64,000 nt of DNA from Chloroflexota bacterium (GCA_025351245.1 JANXWH010000152.1:8824-72823), one strand, 5' to 3'. Positions 30,239-40,006 are shown, counted from the first letter of the stretch. Made by a program: numbers and translations. Notes: generated from the letters alone by a model not told the origin.

Positions 30239-31159
30239 TCAGGCTGCGTCCGCGCCGACCGAGACCCACTCGGCGGACGGGAAGTCGACACCGAAAAGGC
30301 GGCTGACCAGGGCCTGGAATGCTCCAAGGTCACCGGTCGTGAGCAGGCGGCGCGTGGGCGGCGCGGCTCGCTCGGTGGGTGCGTCGTGGCCGGCGCGACC
30401 GGCGTCCGCGGCCGTCCCGCGCGTGGTCCCGGGCGCCTCGAGGCCGTTGACGGAGAGCAGCTCGGCGAGCGCCCCGGCCGTCGCGGTCGCGCTGTCGACG
30501 ATCGCCACCCCTTCCCCCACCGCCGCCTGGATGATCGGCCGCAGGAGCGGGTAGTGCGTGCACCCGAGGAGCAGCGTGTCGACCTTCGCCGACGCCGGCA
30601 GCGGGTGGATGAACTCGCCGCGCCCGTCGCGCTGGCCCAGCAACGGCCCCAACGCCTCCGCGACCGCCGCGACGGCCGCTTCGCCGGCCAGCACGCCGGC
30701 CTCGACGAGCGGCACGAGGGTCGGCGTCGCATGCTCATAGACCTCGACCCCGGGGTTTTCCTCCTTGATCGCGTCGAAGTAGGCGTGCGTGCGGATCGTG
30801 GCGGGCGTGGCGATCACGCCCACCCGTCGGGTCCGCGTCGCGAGCGCCGCAGCCTGGGCACCCGGCCGGATCACCCCGAGGACCGGAATGTCGTAGCGGC
30901 GGCGATACTCGCCAAGCGCCACGGCCGTGGAGGTGTTGCAGGCGACGACGAGCGCCTTGACGTCCTGGTCCACCAGGAGATCGAGGCATTCGATCGAGAA
31001 ACGGCGCACCTCGGCGTCCGGCCGTGTCCCGTACGGCGCCCGCGCGTTGTCACCCAGGTAGGTCAGGCTCTCCTGGGGCGTCCTGCGGAGAATCTCGCGG
31101 AGGACGGTCAACCCGCCGACGCCGGAATCGAAGATGCCGATGGGGCGCGGATCAGACAT
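30239..31159 (-). CDS. murI: glutamate racemase
   Basis: Motifs DSGVGGLTV, ACNT and GCTHYP. There is a low-complexity insertion near the C-terminus. Confidence 0.9.
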   Translation of the reverse strand: MSDPRPIGIFDSGVGGLTVLREILRRTPQESLTYLGDNARAPYGTRPDAEVRRFSIECLDLLVDQDVKALVVACNTSTAVALGEYRRRYDIPVLGVIRPGAQAAALATRTRRVGVIATPATIRTHAYFDAIKEENPGVEVYEHATPTLVPLVEAGVLAGEAAVAAVAEALGPLLGQRDGRGEFIHPLPASAKVDTLLLGCTHYPLLRPIIQAAVGEGVAIVDSATATAGALAELLSVNGLEAPGTTRGTAADAGRAGHDAPTERAAPPTRRLLTTGDLGAFQALVSRLFGVDFPSAEWVSVGADAA

Positions 31160-31163
31160 CGGC

Positions 31164-32312
31164 TCAGCGCCGGGCGGCGGCCGGCGCCGGCGCCTCGAGG
31201 AGCGCCGAGGCGACCATCGCGACGTCGCGGCTGATCTGGGCGTCCGGGCTCGCGAGCACGAACGGCACGCCCTCGTTGTTGGACTGCATCACGAGCTTGC
31301 CGTCCGAGACGATGGCGTGGTCGGGCGCCCGGCCGAGGGCGCGGGCCAGGTCGCCGGGCGCGATCCCGCCGGCCGAATCCGCCCGGTTCACGACGTAACG
31401 GATCTTGCCGGCCGGATAGCCGATCGCCCGGAACGCGTCGGCGACGGCGAGCGTGTTGCGGATGGTCGTGGAATCGTACGTGACGATCTCGAGGATCGTG
31501 TCGGTGGCGTCGAGGATCGCGAGCGAGACGTCCCCGAGGGCAGGCGGCATATCAATCACCACGACCTCGTAGACGCGACGCAGCAGCGACAGCACCTTGT
31601 CAATGTCGCGCACGCTCACCATCTCAGCGAGCTCGACGCGCGGCGGCGCCAGGAGAATGTCGATCCCGGAGGGGTCGCGCCACAGAACGTCCGCCAGGTC
31701 CGACTCACCGATCCTGTCCGTGGGCAGGTCCAGGATCGACGGGGCGTCACCGGGCACCTTGAGGAGCGAGCGGAGGTCGCCGAACTGGAGGCATGCGTCC
31801 ACGAGACAGGTGCGCTGGCCCTGCACGGCGAGCGCGACCGCAAGGTTGAACGAGATCGTCGTCTTCCCGACGCCGCCCTTCGGTGCGAAGACAGCGACCA
31901 CGCGCGACCGGCTCGTCCCGTTGGCGCTCGAGGCCGCCTGGTGGACCGCGTTGACGACGTTGACCAGCTCAAAGCCGGAGAACGGCATGGAGATGACCGC
32001 GGCGATCCCCACGGCCGGGTCGGGCTCGACCGGGCTCTGGGGGACCGTGAGCGCGATCACGGGGATGTGCAGCCCGCCGTCGCGGAGGACCTCCACGACG
32101 CGGGCGCCTTTCGTGCGCCCCTGGAGCAGCCAGTCGACAATGACGACGTCGGGGCGCAGCTGCTGGACCTGCGCCGCCGCCCGGCCGCCGTCGGTGACGA
32201 CGTCGATCAGCCTGATGGCCTGCTGGGCGTTGAGGAGGCCGCGGACGTATTGGGCCACCTGCGGCACGTCCTCCACCAGGAGGAGGCGGATCTGGCTTGG
32301 GGGTCCGGACAT
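31164..32312 (-). CDS. receiver-like domain fused to ParA/MinD-type ATPase (CpaE/TadZ-like)
   Basis: The N-terminal REC-like fold has LLLVED and VVIVD, but M-P where canonical receivers have K-P. The ATPase has the deviant Walker A KGGVGKTT. ATG at 32312; the upstream part of the track ORF was rejected. Confidence 0.75.
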   Translation of the reverse strand: MSGPPSQIRLLLVEDVPQVAQYVRGLLNAQQAIRLIDVVTDGGRAAAQVQQLRPDVVIVDWLLQGRTKGARVVEVLRDGGLHIPVIALTVPQSPVEPDPAVGIAAVISMPFSGFELVNVVNAVHQAASSANGTSRSRVVAVFAPKGGVGKTTISFNLAVALAVQGQRTCLVDACLQFGDLRSLLKVPGDAPSILDLPTDRIGESDLADVLWRDPSGIDILLAPPRVELAEMVSVRDIDKVLSLLRRVYEVVVIDMPPALGDVSLAILDATDTILEIVTYDSTTIRNTLAVADAFRAIGYPAGKIRYVVNRADSAGGIAPGDLARALGRAPDHAIVSDGKLVMQSNNEGVPFVLASPDAQISRDVAMVASALLEAPAPAAARR

Positions 32313-32332
32313 CGACGCCGACGATACCAGAC

Positions 32333-33148
32333 TCAGGCCGCGGAACCGGGCTTGCGCGCCAGGAGGACCAGGCGGTCGTCGTGCGGGCCGAGTGGCTCCA
32401 GGTCGTAGCCGCCGGCGATGAGCTCCACCTCGAAGCCCGCGGACTCGGCCAGGACCCGCTGCTCGTCGGCGGAGGTCAGGCGAACGACGTCGCGGCGAAA
32501 CCACCGGACGGGCGGCTGGCCCGGGTCGCCCTCGTCGAAGAACGTGGTGAGGGCGACCGTTCCCGTTGCGCCATCGTGCTGCGCGGCGGCCGTCTTCGTG
32601 ACCCACGCCCCGCGCTCCGGGTCTCGCCGCAGGTACTCGAGGTGGAGCCGGCCGTCGTACCGGGCGAGGTCCGCAGCCTCCGGCAGCCAGGCGTCGATGG
32701 CAGCCAGGCCGCCCGGAGCGAGGTGCGCGGCGAGCGCCGCCCACGCGGCCCGCTGGGCCTCGCGCGAGCGAAGGAGCAGCATCGAGTTGAGGGCCACGAA
32801 GGCGAGCCGAAACGTACCGGCGGCGGGCAGCTCCAGGCCTACGACGTCGCCGAGCACGAGCTCAAGGCGCTGCTCGACTTCCTCGTCGGCTGCGGCCGCG
32901 CGGAGCGCGGCTCGCCGGAGCATCGACGGGTCCAGGTCCACGGCGGTGACCGCGAAGCCCGCCTCGGCGAGCGGGACCGCGAGACGGCCGGTCCCGGCCA
33001 TCAGCTCCAGGATCGGGCCCCCCGTCTTCTCGGCCAGCGCGAGCCAGAGGTCCAGGTCCCCGGGATCGTCAAGCAGGTCCAGGTCGTAGAGACGCGCGAG
33101 CGCGTCCGGGAGCTGCTCCGGTTCGGGTGTCTGCGGCACGTGAGTCAC
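32333..33148 (-). CDS. class I SAM-dependent methyltransferase
   Basis: Motif I ILELMAGTGRLA followed by an acidic residue in AVDLD. The GTG at 33148 overlaps the upstream stop (GTGA). Confidence 0.7.
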   Translation of the reverse strand: MTHVPQTPEPEQLPDALARLYDLDLLDDPGDLDLWLALAEKTGGPILELMAGTGRLAVPLAEAGFAVTAVDLDPSMLRRAALRAAAADEEVEQRLELVLGDVVGLELPAAGTFRLAFVALNSMLLLRSREAQRAAWAALAAHLAPGGLAAIDAWLPEAADLARYDGRLHLEYLRRDPERGAWVTKTAAAQHDGATGTVALTTFFDEGDPGQPPVRWFRRDVVRLTSADEQRVLAESAGFEVELIAGGYDLEPLGPHDDRLVLLARKPGSAA

Positions 33149-34281
33149 GCCGGTCGCGTCCCGCGGCCGGCGAAGCGGACCGGCGTCCCGGCGGCCTGCT
33201 TGGCTGCGAGCGCGGCGATCGCCTCCATCGCGCACCGATTGGCCGCCATCGCGGTCACCTCCGCGTGGTCGTACGGTGGCGAGACTTCCACGATGTCCAT
33301 CCCGGCGAGCTCCACGGCACCGACGATCCGGCGGATGGCGCGAAGCAATTCGCGGGTCAGCATGCCGCCCGGTTCCGGCGTCCCCGTCCCGGGAGCCATC
33401 CCCGGATCGATCACGTCGATGTCGACCGAGAGGTAGATGGCGTCCGCGCCGTCGAGCGCCTCGCCGATCGCATCGTCGATGACCGCCTCCGCGCCGCGCT
33501 CCTCGATCTCGCGCATGAGATGCCAGCGCATCCCCTGCTCCTGCATCCAGGCGAAGACGTCCTTCGGCGGCCAGTACCCGCGCAGGCCGACCTGCACGAA
33601 GTTGCGGCCCTTGACCGCCCCGGACTCGATGAGCCGCCGCATCGGCGTGCCGTGACCGGCCAGCACGCCCCAGTCCTCGGGCGCGGTGTCAGCGTGGGCG
33701 TCGAAGTGGACGATCCCGATGCTCCCCGGACGGCGGACCTCGGCGACGGCGGTGGCGGACGGCCACGTGATCGAGTGGTCCCCACCCAGCACGATCGGGA
33801 TCGCGCCCGTCTCGGCGACCTCGCGGACCTTCTGGTAGATGAAGGCGTGGCTGCGCTCGATCCAGGCCGGGATGATGTTCGCGTCGCCCGCGTCCACGAC
33901 CGTCAGGAGCTCGAACGGCTCCACCCCCAGCTGGAGGGAGTGGAGCGACCCCGTGCTGTACTGCGCCTCGCGGATCGCGCGCGGCCCAAAGCGCGCACCG
34001 GGGCGGTGGCTCACGGCGTCGTCGAACGGGGCGCCCACGATCGCCACGTCCACCCCGCGCCGGCGCAGCTCGGCCGGATCGGTGACCCAGGGCAGCTTGG
34101 CGAACGTGGAAGGACCCACGTACGTCGGCAGGTCAAAGTCGCCAAATGCCTCGTAGTCACGGTCCCAGCCATTGGCGTGGGCGTAGTCGAGCGCGGCGGC
34201 GGGCGCGTCGAGCGCGGCGGCGGGCGCGTCGAACGCCCCGGATCCCCCTGCGGCGGGATCGTGGCCGTGCCGCTCGGTCAC
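33145..34281 (-). CDS. ureohydrolase family enzyme (agmatinase / guanidino-acid hydrolase type)
   Basis: Mn-binding motifs HFDAHADT, GGDHSIT and SVDIDVIDP. GTG start with AGGAGG 6 nt upstream. Confidence 0.85.
   Translation of the reverse strand: MTERHGHDPAAGGSGAFDAPAAALDAPAAALDYAHANGWDRDYEAFGDFDLPTYVGPSTFAKLPWVTDPAELRRRGVDVAIVGAPFDDAVSHRPGARFGPRAIREAQYSTGSLHSLQLGVEPFELLTVVDAGDANIIPAWIERSHAFIYQKVREVAETGAIPIVLGGDHSITWPSATAVAEVRRPGSIGIVHFDAHADTAPEDWGVLAGHGTPMRRLIESGAVKGRNFVQVGLRGYWPPKDVFAWMQEQGMRWHLMREIEERGAEAVIDDAIGEALDGADAIYLSVDIDVIDPGMAPGTGTPEPGGMLTRELLRAIRRIVGAVELAGMDIVEVSPPYDHAEVTAMAANRCAMEAIAALAAKQAAGTPVRFAGRGTRPA
34186..34236 (-). repeat. 21-bp tandem duplication (2.4 copies) inside the ureohydrolase N-terminus
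   Basis: GTCGAGCGCGGCGGCGGGCGC appears twice perfectly (34186-34206 and 34207-34227), followed by a partial third copy. It encodes DAPAAAL DAPAAAL. Confidence 0.8.
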
Positions 34282-34413
34282 GCGAAACCTCCTGGCGGCC
34301 GGGCGACTGGGCGGGCGGGTGCCCGGGCGTCGCGGGAAGCGTCGGCCGCCGGTGCGGGCGCCGCCGGTTCGTGTCCACCGTCCGGCGGGGCGCCCGCGGA
34401 TGATAGCGCGGCG

Positions 34414-34980
34414 TCAGGGTTCGTTGATGGGCACGGGCGGGGCCGGATTCGTCAAGCCGTGGGACACCAGCACCCAGCCCGCCTCGTCCCGGGCGAAGTG
34501 GAACTCCCGCTCTGCCTGGAAGGCGGTGACGTCCGGCTCGCCGCCGACAACCTTCTTGTAGCTGAGAGTCGTCCGCTCGGTCACGACGAGGTCGATCCGG
34601 GAGTCCGAGACCGTCGCCTTCTGCAGCGTGAGGACGGTCGTGGCGCTGGTGTACGCCTCGCCCCTTTGCCGGGCCGCGTCCCGTCGCACGGTCAGCTCGC
34701 TGATCGCCGACTGCTCCTGCGCGATAACCGACGAGGACGCGCGAGCGGCGTTCGATGCCAGAGGACCGATCAGGGGCGCTGGGACAGCTCCTTCAACGAG
34801 CGCCGCTGTCCGGCGCTCCATCAGAGCAAGAGCCGCACTCACGAGCGACGTGACGGTGGGGTCACGTGTCACCCGTGGGGAACCCCCAGGGGAACAGCCC
34901 GCTGCCGCGAGGACGCAGGCCATGGCAAGGGCGACCAGGGGCCTCCATCGGCGAGGGCGCTGGCCAGCCACTCGAGTCAT
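34414..34980 (-). CDS. hypothetical lipoprotein
   Basis: Signal peptide with lipobox LAAAGC. I recognise no catalytic motif. Confidence 0.55.
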   Translation of the reverse strand: MTRVAGQRPRRWRPLVALAMACVLAAAGCSPGGSPRVTRDPTVTSLVSAALALMERRTAALVEGAVPAPLIGPLASNAARASSSVIAQEQSAISELTVRRDAARQRGEAYTSATTVLTLQKATVSDSRIDLVVTERTTLSYKKVVGGEPDVTAFQAEREFHFARDEAGWVLVSHGLTNPAPPVPINEP

Positions 34981-35110
34981 GTCAGCTTCTCGTCCCGGCC
35001 TGAACTCGCGTGTTCACGCCGAAGAGATGCGCGGGCGGGCTCGAATGTGTCACATGAGCCCCCCGGGCCTGGAACCGCACGTGCCACGCGTCCCTCGCCC
35101 ATCTGGCCTC

Positions 35111-36304
35111 CTACCCCTCGCCGCGGAACTCCCGCCAGGCCGCCGTGACAAGGGAAGGATCGGCAAGCAGGTCCAGGGCCGTCTCGGCGACGAGCGACGC
35201 TGCGACGAGGGTCGTCGTCTCCGCCCGGGGCGTCGCCGCGGCGTCGCGCGACTCGATGGAGTGCCAGGCCACGCCGTGGTCGCAGATCGCGAGAGAGGGG
35301 TGGATCGTCGGGAGCACGAGCGACACGTTCCCCATGTCCGAGCTGCCGATGTGCTCCGGGTCGACGCCCTCGTCCGCGAGCCCCTTCGCCTGCATGTTGG
35401 CACGCCAGAGCCCCGCCAGCGTCAGGCTGTCCTTCATCGTCGTCGACCCGCCCGAGAATGCCAGCTCGCCCTTCACGTCGGCCATCATCGCGGCGCCGTC
35501 CACGAGGGCCCGGAAGCGCTCGCGCATCGACTCGAAGTAGGCCTGGTCGGTGCTCCGGATCATGAACCGCGCGGTTGCCCGGTCCGGGATGATGTTCGCG
35601 GCCGAGCCCCCCTCCAGGATGATGCCGTGGACCCGGGCGTGCTGCGGCAGCTGCTGGCGCCAGAGCCCGATCGCCTGGAACAGCAGGACGACCGCGTCGA
35701 GCGCGTTCTTGCCCTCCCACGGCTCGCCGGCCGCATGCGCCGCCTTGCCGACGAACGTGACGTCCACGTCCTCGCTCGCGAGGAGCATGCAGTTGACCAT
35801 GTCGCGGTCGGCCGGGTGGAAGAGGAGCGCCGCGTCGAGCCCCTCGAAGAGCCCGTCGTCGAGCATGAACTGCTTGCCGCTGCCGCGCTCCTCGGCCGGC
35901 GTGCCGAGGAAGACGACCTCGCCCGCGAACGAGTCGCGCACGGCCGCCAGGGCGATCGCGGCACCCACGCCGGACGCCGCCATCGTGTTGTGGCCGCAGG
36001 CGTGGCCAAGGCCCGGCAGCGCGTCATACTCGGCGAGGACGCCGATGCGCGGCCCGTTCGGCCCAAGGCCGCCGGTGAGCCGGCCGCGGACGGCGGTCGC
36101 GAGCCGACCAGCAGGGTGCTCTACCGCGTACCCGTGGCCGGCGATCGCAGCGGCGACGCGCGCGGCGGCGCGATGCTCCTCGAAGGCGGGCTCCGGATCG
36201 GCATGGATCGCGCGCGAAAGCGCCAGGATCTCGTCCCGGTTCGCCTCGATGGCGGCCGTGGCACGGGCCTTCAAGTCGAACGGGGCTGGCATGCTGACCT
36301 CCAC
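35111..36304 (-). CDS. M20D-family amidohydrolase
   Basis: Metal-binding motif GHACGHN and an overall aminoacylase/hippurate-hydrolase-like sequence. Confidence 0.8.
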   Translation of the reverse strand: MEVSMPAPFDLKARATAAIEANRDEILALSRAIHADPEPAFEEHRAAARVAAAIAGHGYAVEHPAGRLATAVRGRLTGGLGPNGPRIGVLAEYDALPGLGHACGHNTMAASGVGAAIALAAVRDSFAGEVVFLGTPAEERGSGKQFMLDDGLFEGLDAALLFHPADRDMVNCMLLASEDVDVTFVGKAAHAAGEPWEGKNALDAVVLLFQAIGLWRQQLPQHARVHGIILEGGSAANIIPDRATARFMIRSTDQAYFESMRERFRALVDGAAMMADVKGELAFSGGSTTMKDSLTLAGLWRANMQAKGLADEGVDPEHIGSSDMGNVSLVLPTIHPSLAICDHGVAWHSIESRDAAATPRAETTTLVAASLVAETALDLLADPSLVTAAWREFRGEG

Positions 36305-36326
36305 CTTGGGATGCGACGAGGACGGC

Positions 36327-36701
36327 TCAGCGCTCGATGGAGAGCGTGAGCTCGGCGAAGACGACGAGCACGATCACGAAGACAGCGATGGGCGGGCTCA
36401 GGATTCCCGGGAGGCGAAGGGCCACGAACAGCCCCACCACGAGCCCGACCCACAGGCCGCGGCGTGCGGCGCGGACCCAATCGCCGCGATAGGAAATGCG
36501 GCGGTGGCGGCCGAATGCCGCCAGCCAGAAGAGCGGGACGGTGGTCAGGCCGATCGCGAGGCCCATGAGCGCCGCCCCAACGAACCCCGCGGCGGGATCC
36601 TCGCGCGGGTCGCGTGTCAGGACGAGGAGTGCCACGAGCACCCACGAGACGGTCGCCGCCCCGAAGATCCCGAGGTTGGCCAGTCGATCGCGTGCCTCCA
36701 C
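36327..36701 (-). CDS. hypothetical integral membrane protein
   Basis: 124 aa with four hydrophobic segments and coding-like third-position GC bias. Confidence 0.5.
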   Translation of the reverse strand: MEARDRLANLGIFGAATVSWVLVALLVLTRDPREDPAAGFVGAALMGLAIGLTTVPLFWLAAFGRHRRISYRGDWVRAARRGLWVGLVVGLFVALRLPGILSPPIAVFVIVLVVFAELTLSIER

Positions 36702-36769
36702 GTCCGGGAGTCTAGCCTCCCGTCACGACTGATGAGGCGCGAGGCGCGTGATGAGGCGCGACCCTGCGG

Positions 36770-39700
36770 TCAGCGCGCCACGCTTGACGGGCAGATGTCG
36801 CGGAAGGCGCACCACGAGCAGGCCATGTACGACGGCCGGGCCTCGAACCGGCCGGCCCGGATCCCAGCCGCGGCCGCGCGGATGTCGGCCAGGCCGCGCT
36901 CGACCCGGGCCGCGTCGACCTCGGCCGTTCCGACCAGCCCGGAGTCGAGGAAGTGGAGCGCCACGGCATCCGGCAGGCGCCCGGTCTCGGCCTGCCACGC
37001 CATCGCGTAGATCGTGAGCTGGAGCGACTCGCGCGCCCGCTCACGCGCCTTCGCGGGGTCGCGCACGTCCGAGCTCTTGTAGTCGGTGATCACGACGCGC
37101 TCGCGCAGGAGCGGCAGCGCCGGCTCGACCACGTCGGCGGCGTCCGCGACCGCCACGGCGCCGTCGGGCCCGTGGGGACCAGCGTCGTCGGCCGACGCCC
37201 CCAGCGGTATGAGGTCGACGCGGTCCATCCGGCCACGGACCCGGTCCCCGTCCAGGGTGAAGGCGAACTCGCGCTCGACGTAGGCCGGGATGACGGCCCC
37301 CGGCTCCAGCTGGGTGCGTCGGAACCGCCGAAGCGCGTCGCGGCCGGCCTCCAGGCGCGCGTCCTCGTGCTCGCGGGAGACGAAACCCTCCGTGGTCCAC
37401 GCCTGCTCGAATGCGGCGATCAGCTCGGCCTCGCTCATCACCTCGCCGCGCGCGTGGCGCTTATGGAACTCCTGGACCGCGAGGTGGAGCGCGGACCCGT
37501 AGACGATCGCGTGATGCGGCGCCGTCGGCACGCGCAACACGTGGGCGTATTTGTACCGGAGCGGGCATGCCAGGTAAGCGTCGACCTGGTGGAAGCTGAG
37601 GACCAGCGGCTCCGTCGACCGCGCGTTCGCGGGAGCCGGCGTGGCGACAGCCGGAGCCTCGAAGGAGCCCAGGCGCTCCAGCGGGTTCGAAGGGCGCGTC
37701 GCGGGTGCGGCGCCAGCCGGCAGGTCCAGCGCCTCCAGCACGAACGGGGAGACGCGCCGCGTGCGTTTACCGCCGTAGTCGAGCGCGTGACTCAGCACCA
37801 GCTCGTCGCGGGCGCGGGTCATGCCCACGTAGAACAGTCGCCGCTCCTCCTGGACCTGCGCATCACCGGTGGGAAACGTCCCGCGCAGGAGCGCGTCGGG
37901 CACCGCGAGCTGCTCGCGCCGGCCCCGGGCCGGGAATCGGCCATCCACCAGCCCGACCAGGAACACGACCGGCCACTCCAGGCCCTTTGCCTTGTGGATC
38001 GTGACCACGGCGACCGCGTCCGCATCGGGGTCCAGGTCCGCCGTGGCCGGGTCGTCACCGGCCTCGATGAGGGTCTGCAGGTGCGGCGCAAGGAAGACGG
38101 CCCGGTCGTCGGCGAGGAGGTCGGACTGGGCCCGGATGATCTCGAAGAAGCGCGCCACGTTGCTCAGCGCCTCCTCCGCGGCCGGCGTGCCGGCCTCCGC
38201 AAGGCGTCGAAGTGAACCGGAACCCTTGAGGAACTCGTAGAGGACTTCGCCAGCCGGGTGCCGGTTCCCGAGCTCGTTGTAGCGACGCAGGTCGGCCACG
38301 AGCCGTGCCAGCGATGTCCGGGTCTCGGAGCGCAGGCGGAGGAGGCCCGGCTGGCGCTCCAGCTCCTCGAGCGTCTCGCGGAGGCTCCGGTTCGTTCGCC
38401 GCGCGCGGTTCGTCAGCGCTGCGAGGTCATCGCCGGGGAACCCGTAGAGCCCAGATGCGGCGAGCGCGAACACGTCCACGGAGCTGTGCGGGTTTGCGAT
38501 GGCCCGGAGGAAGGCAAGGAGCAGCCGCACCTCTGGGCGGCTGTAGAGCCCCGAGACGCCCGAGAAGCGCCACGGGATGCCGGCGACGTTCAGGGAGCGC
38601 AGGATCGCGTCCGCGTCCGCGTTCGCCCGGACCAGCACCGCGTGGTCCCGCGGCGGCGCACCGGCACGGATCCGCCGCTCGATCTCGGCCGCGACCCAGT
38701 CCGCCTCGTCCGTCCCGGTCGTGAAGGCAATCTGGCGGACGGGCGCGGGCCCGATTCCCCGGCGGTGCGGCACCAGCCGCTTGGCGATCCCGCGCTGGAC
38801 CTCCAGCCGGTCCGGATCGTTGAATCGAATCAGGCGGTACGACGCGTCCAGGATCGGCGCCCGCGACCGGTAGTTCCGCCGCATGACCACCGTCCGGGCG
38901 CGCCGGAAATGACCCAGGAAGTCGACGATCGCGCCGGTGGCGGCGCCGCGGAACCGGTAGATCGACTGGTCGTCGTCGCCCACCACGGTGATGTTGCGGT
39001 GGGGCTCCGCGATGAGCGTCACCAGCTCCGCCTGGGAACGGTTGACATCCTGGAACTCGTCGACCAGCACGTACCGGAAGCGCGCCTGGAGCCCGCGGCG
39101 AGCGGCGGGGTGCTCGCGGAGGAGCGTGAGCGCAAGGCGCACCTGGTCGCCGAAGTCGATCGCGCCGGCCTCGGCCAGCAGCTCCTGGTAGCGCTCGTAC
39201 GCGGCTGACAGCTCCACGTGACGACGCGCCTCGTCGCGAAGTGCAGCGCTGCTCGGTGTATCGCCGTCCGTCTCCGCCGCGATCGTGAGCGCCGCCGCGT
39301 GGGCGCGGTACTCCTCCGGTCCGAGGTCCTCGTCCTTCAGGCGGCTGAAGAGCGCGGCGAGTGCGGCCAGGAATTTCGTGGGATCGCCAAGGGGCCGGTA
39401 GGCGTCCAGCTCCAGCCGGAAGAGCCGCTCGCGCATGAAGATCACCGTCTCGGGCCGCGAGAGGACCCGCGGCTCGGACGGGAGCCCCAGCTCCAGTGCG
39501 TGCTCGCGGATCACCCGGTCCCCGAACGCGTGGAAGGTGGCGACCAGCGTGTCCGTGTAGCCGTACGGCACCAGCTGATCGACGCGGAGCTGCATTTCCT
39601 CGGCCGCCTTGTCGGTGAAGGTGAGGGCGAGGATCTCCGACGGCTTCGCGCGCTTCGTGGCGATCAGCCACGCGATCCTCCGCGTCACGACCTGGGTCTT

Positions 39701-39949
39701 GCCAGTCCCCGCGCCCGCGACGACAAGGAGCGGACCCTCGCCGTGGGTAACGGCACGGCGCTGCTGCGCGTTGAGGTTCGCCAGGAGCGCTTCCACGCCC
39801 GCCGCGACCGGCGGCCGCGAGGCCGGCCGCGGGGTGGCGACGTGCTCGAACCAGACGGGGATCTGCTCGAGCGGCGCCGGCTCGCGGCGCCGGCTCGGCC
39901 GGCGCGGCGCGTTCCCGCCGAGCGCGCTCCCGCGTGCGCGGGCCATCAC
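36770..39949 (-). CDS. UvrD/PcrA-type SF1 helicase fused to a PD-(D/E)XK nuclease with Cas4/AddB-like Cys cluster
   Basis: Walker A AGAGTGKT and UvrD motifs. C-terminal nuclease motifs are MDRVD, DYK and QLTIYA. The Cys pattern is C...CxxCx5C (LACP ... CSWCAFRDIC). Confidence 0.85.
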   Translation of the reverse strand: MMARARGSALGGNAPRRPSRRREPAPLEQIPVWFEHVATPRPASRPPVAAGVEALLANLNAQQRRAVTHGEGPLLVVAGAGTGKTQVVTRRIAWLIATKRAKPSEILALTFTDKAAEEMQLRVDQLVPYGYTDTLVATFHAFGDRVIREHALELGLPSEPRVLSRPETVIFMRERLFRLELDAYRPLGDPTKFLAALAALFSRLKDEDLGPEEYRAHAAALTIAAETDGDTPSSAALRDEARRHVELSAAYERYQELLAEAGAIDFGDQVRLALTLLREHPAARRGLQARFRYVLVDEFQDVNRSQAELVTLIAEPHRNITVVGDDDQSIYRFRGAATGAIVDFLGHFRRARTVVMRRNYRSRAPILDASYRLIRFNDPDRLEVQRGIAKRLVPHRRGIGPAPVRQIAFTTGTDEADWVAAEIERRIRAGAPPRDHAVLVRANADADAILRSLNVAGIPWRFSGVSGLYSRPEVRLLLAFLRAIANPHSSVDVFALAASGLYGFPGDDLAALTNRARRTNRSLRETLEELERQPGLLRLRSETRTSLARLVADLRRYNELGNRHPAGEVLYEFLKGSGSLRRLAEAGTPAAEEALSNVARFFEIIRAQSDLLADDRAVFLAPHLQTLIEAGDDPATADLDPDADAVAVVTIHKAKGLEWPVVFLVGLVDGRFPARGRREQLAVPDALLRGTFPTGDAQVQEERRLFYVGMTRARDELVLSHALDYGGKRTRRVSPFVLEALDLPAGAAPATRPSNPLERLGSFEAPAVATPAPANARSTEPLVLSFHQVDAYLACPLRYKYAHVLRVPTAPHHAIVYGSALHLAVQEFHKRHARGEVMSEAELIAAFEQAWTTEGFVSREHEDARLEAGRDALRRFRRTQLEPGAVIPAYVEREFAFTLDGDRVRGRMDRVDLIPLGASADDAGPHGPDGAVAVADAADVVEPALPLLRERVVITDYKSSDVRDPAKARERARESLQLTIYAMAWQAETGRLPDAVALHFLDSGLVGTAEVDAARVERGLADIRAAAAGIRAGRFEARPSYMACSWCAFRDICPSSVAR

Positions 39950-40006
39950 CCGCCCTCGGCCGTGGAGAGCGAGCCCGCGGCCGGGCGGGGCTTCACGCGC
40001 CCTCCG

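Noticed and set aside
29023-32744. N-terminal extensions of the track ORFs 29023-30738 and 31164-32744; the same problem affects 47783-51034, 54308-56248 and 56118-57746
   Set aside because: The extended 5' regions overlap the upstream gene in another frame and are R/S/P-rich. Internal starts with Shine-Dalgarno sequences or 4-nt stop overlaps give proteins of normal family length.
34282-34413. Possible guanidine or other riboswitch in the 130-nt leader of the ureohydrolase gene
   Set aside because: I could not recognise the conserved ykkC/guanidine motifs or any other known riboswitch core by eye. The region is simply GC-rich with a strong SD. A covariance-model scan would be needed.
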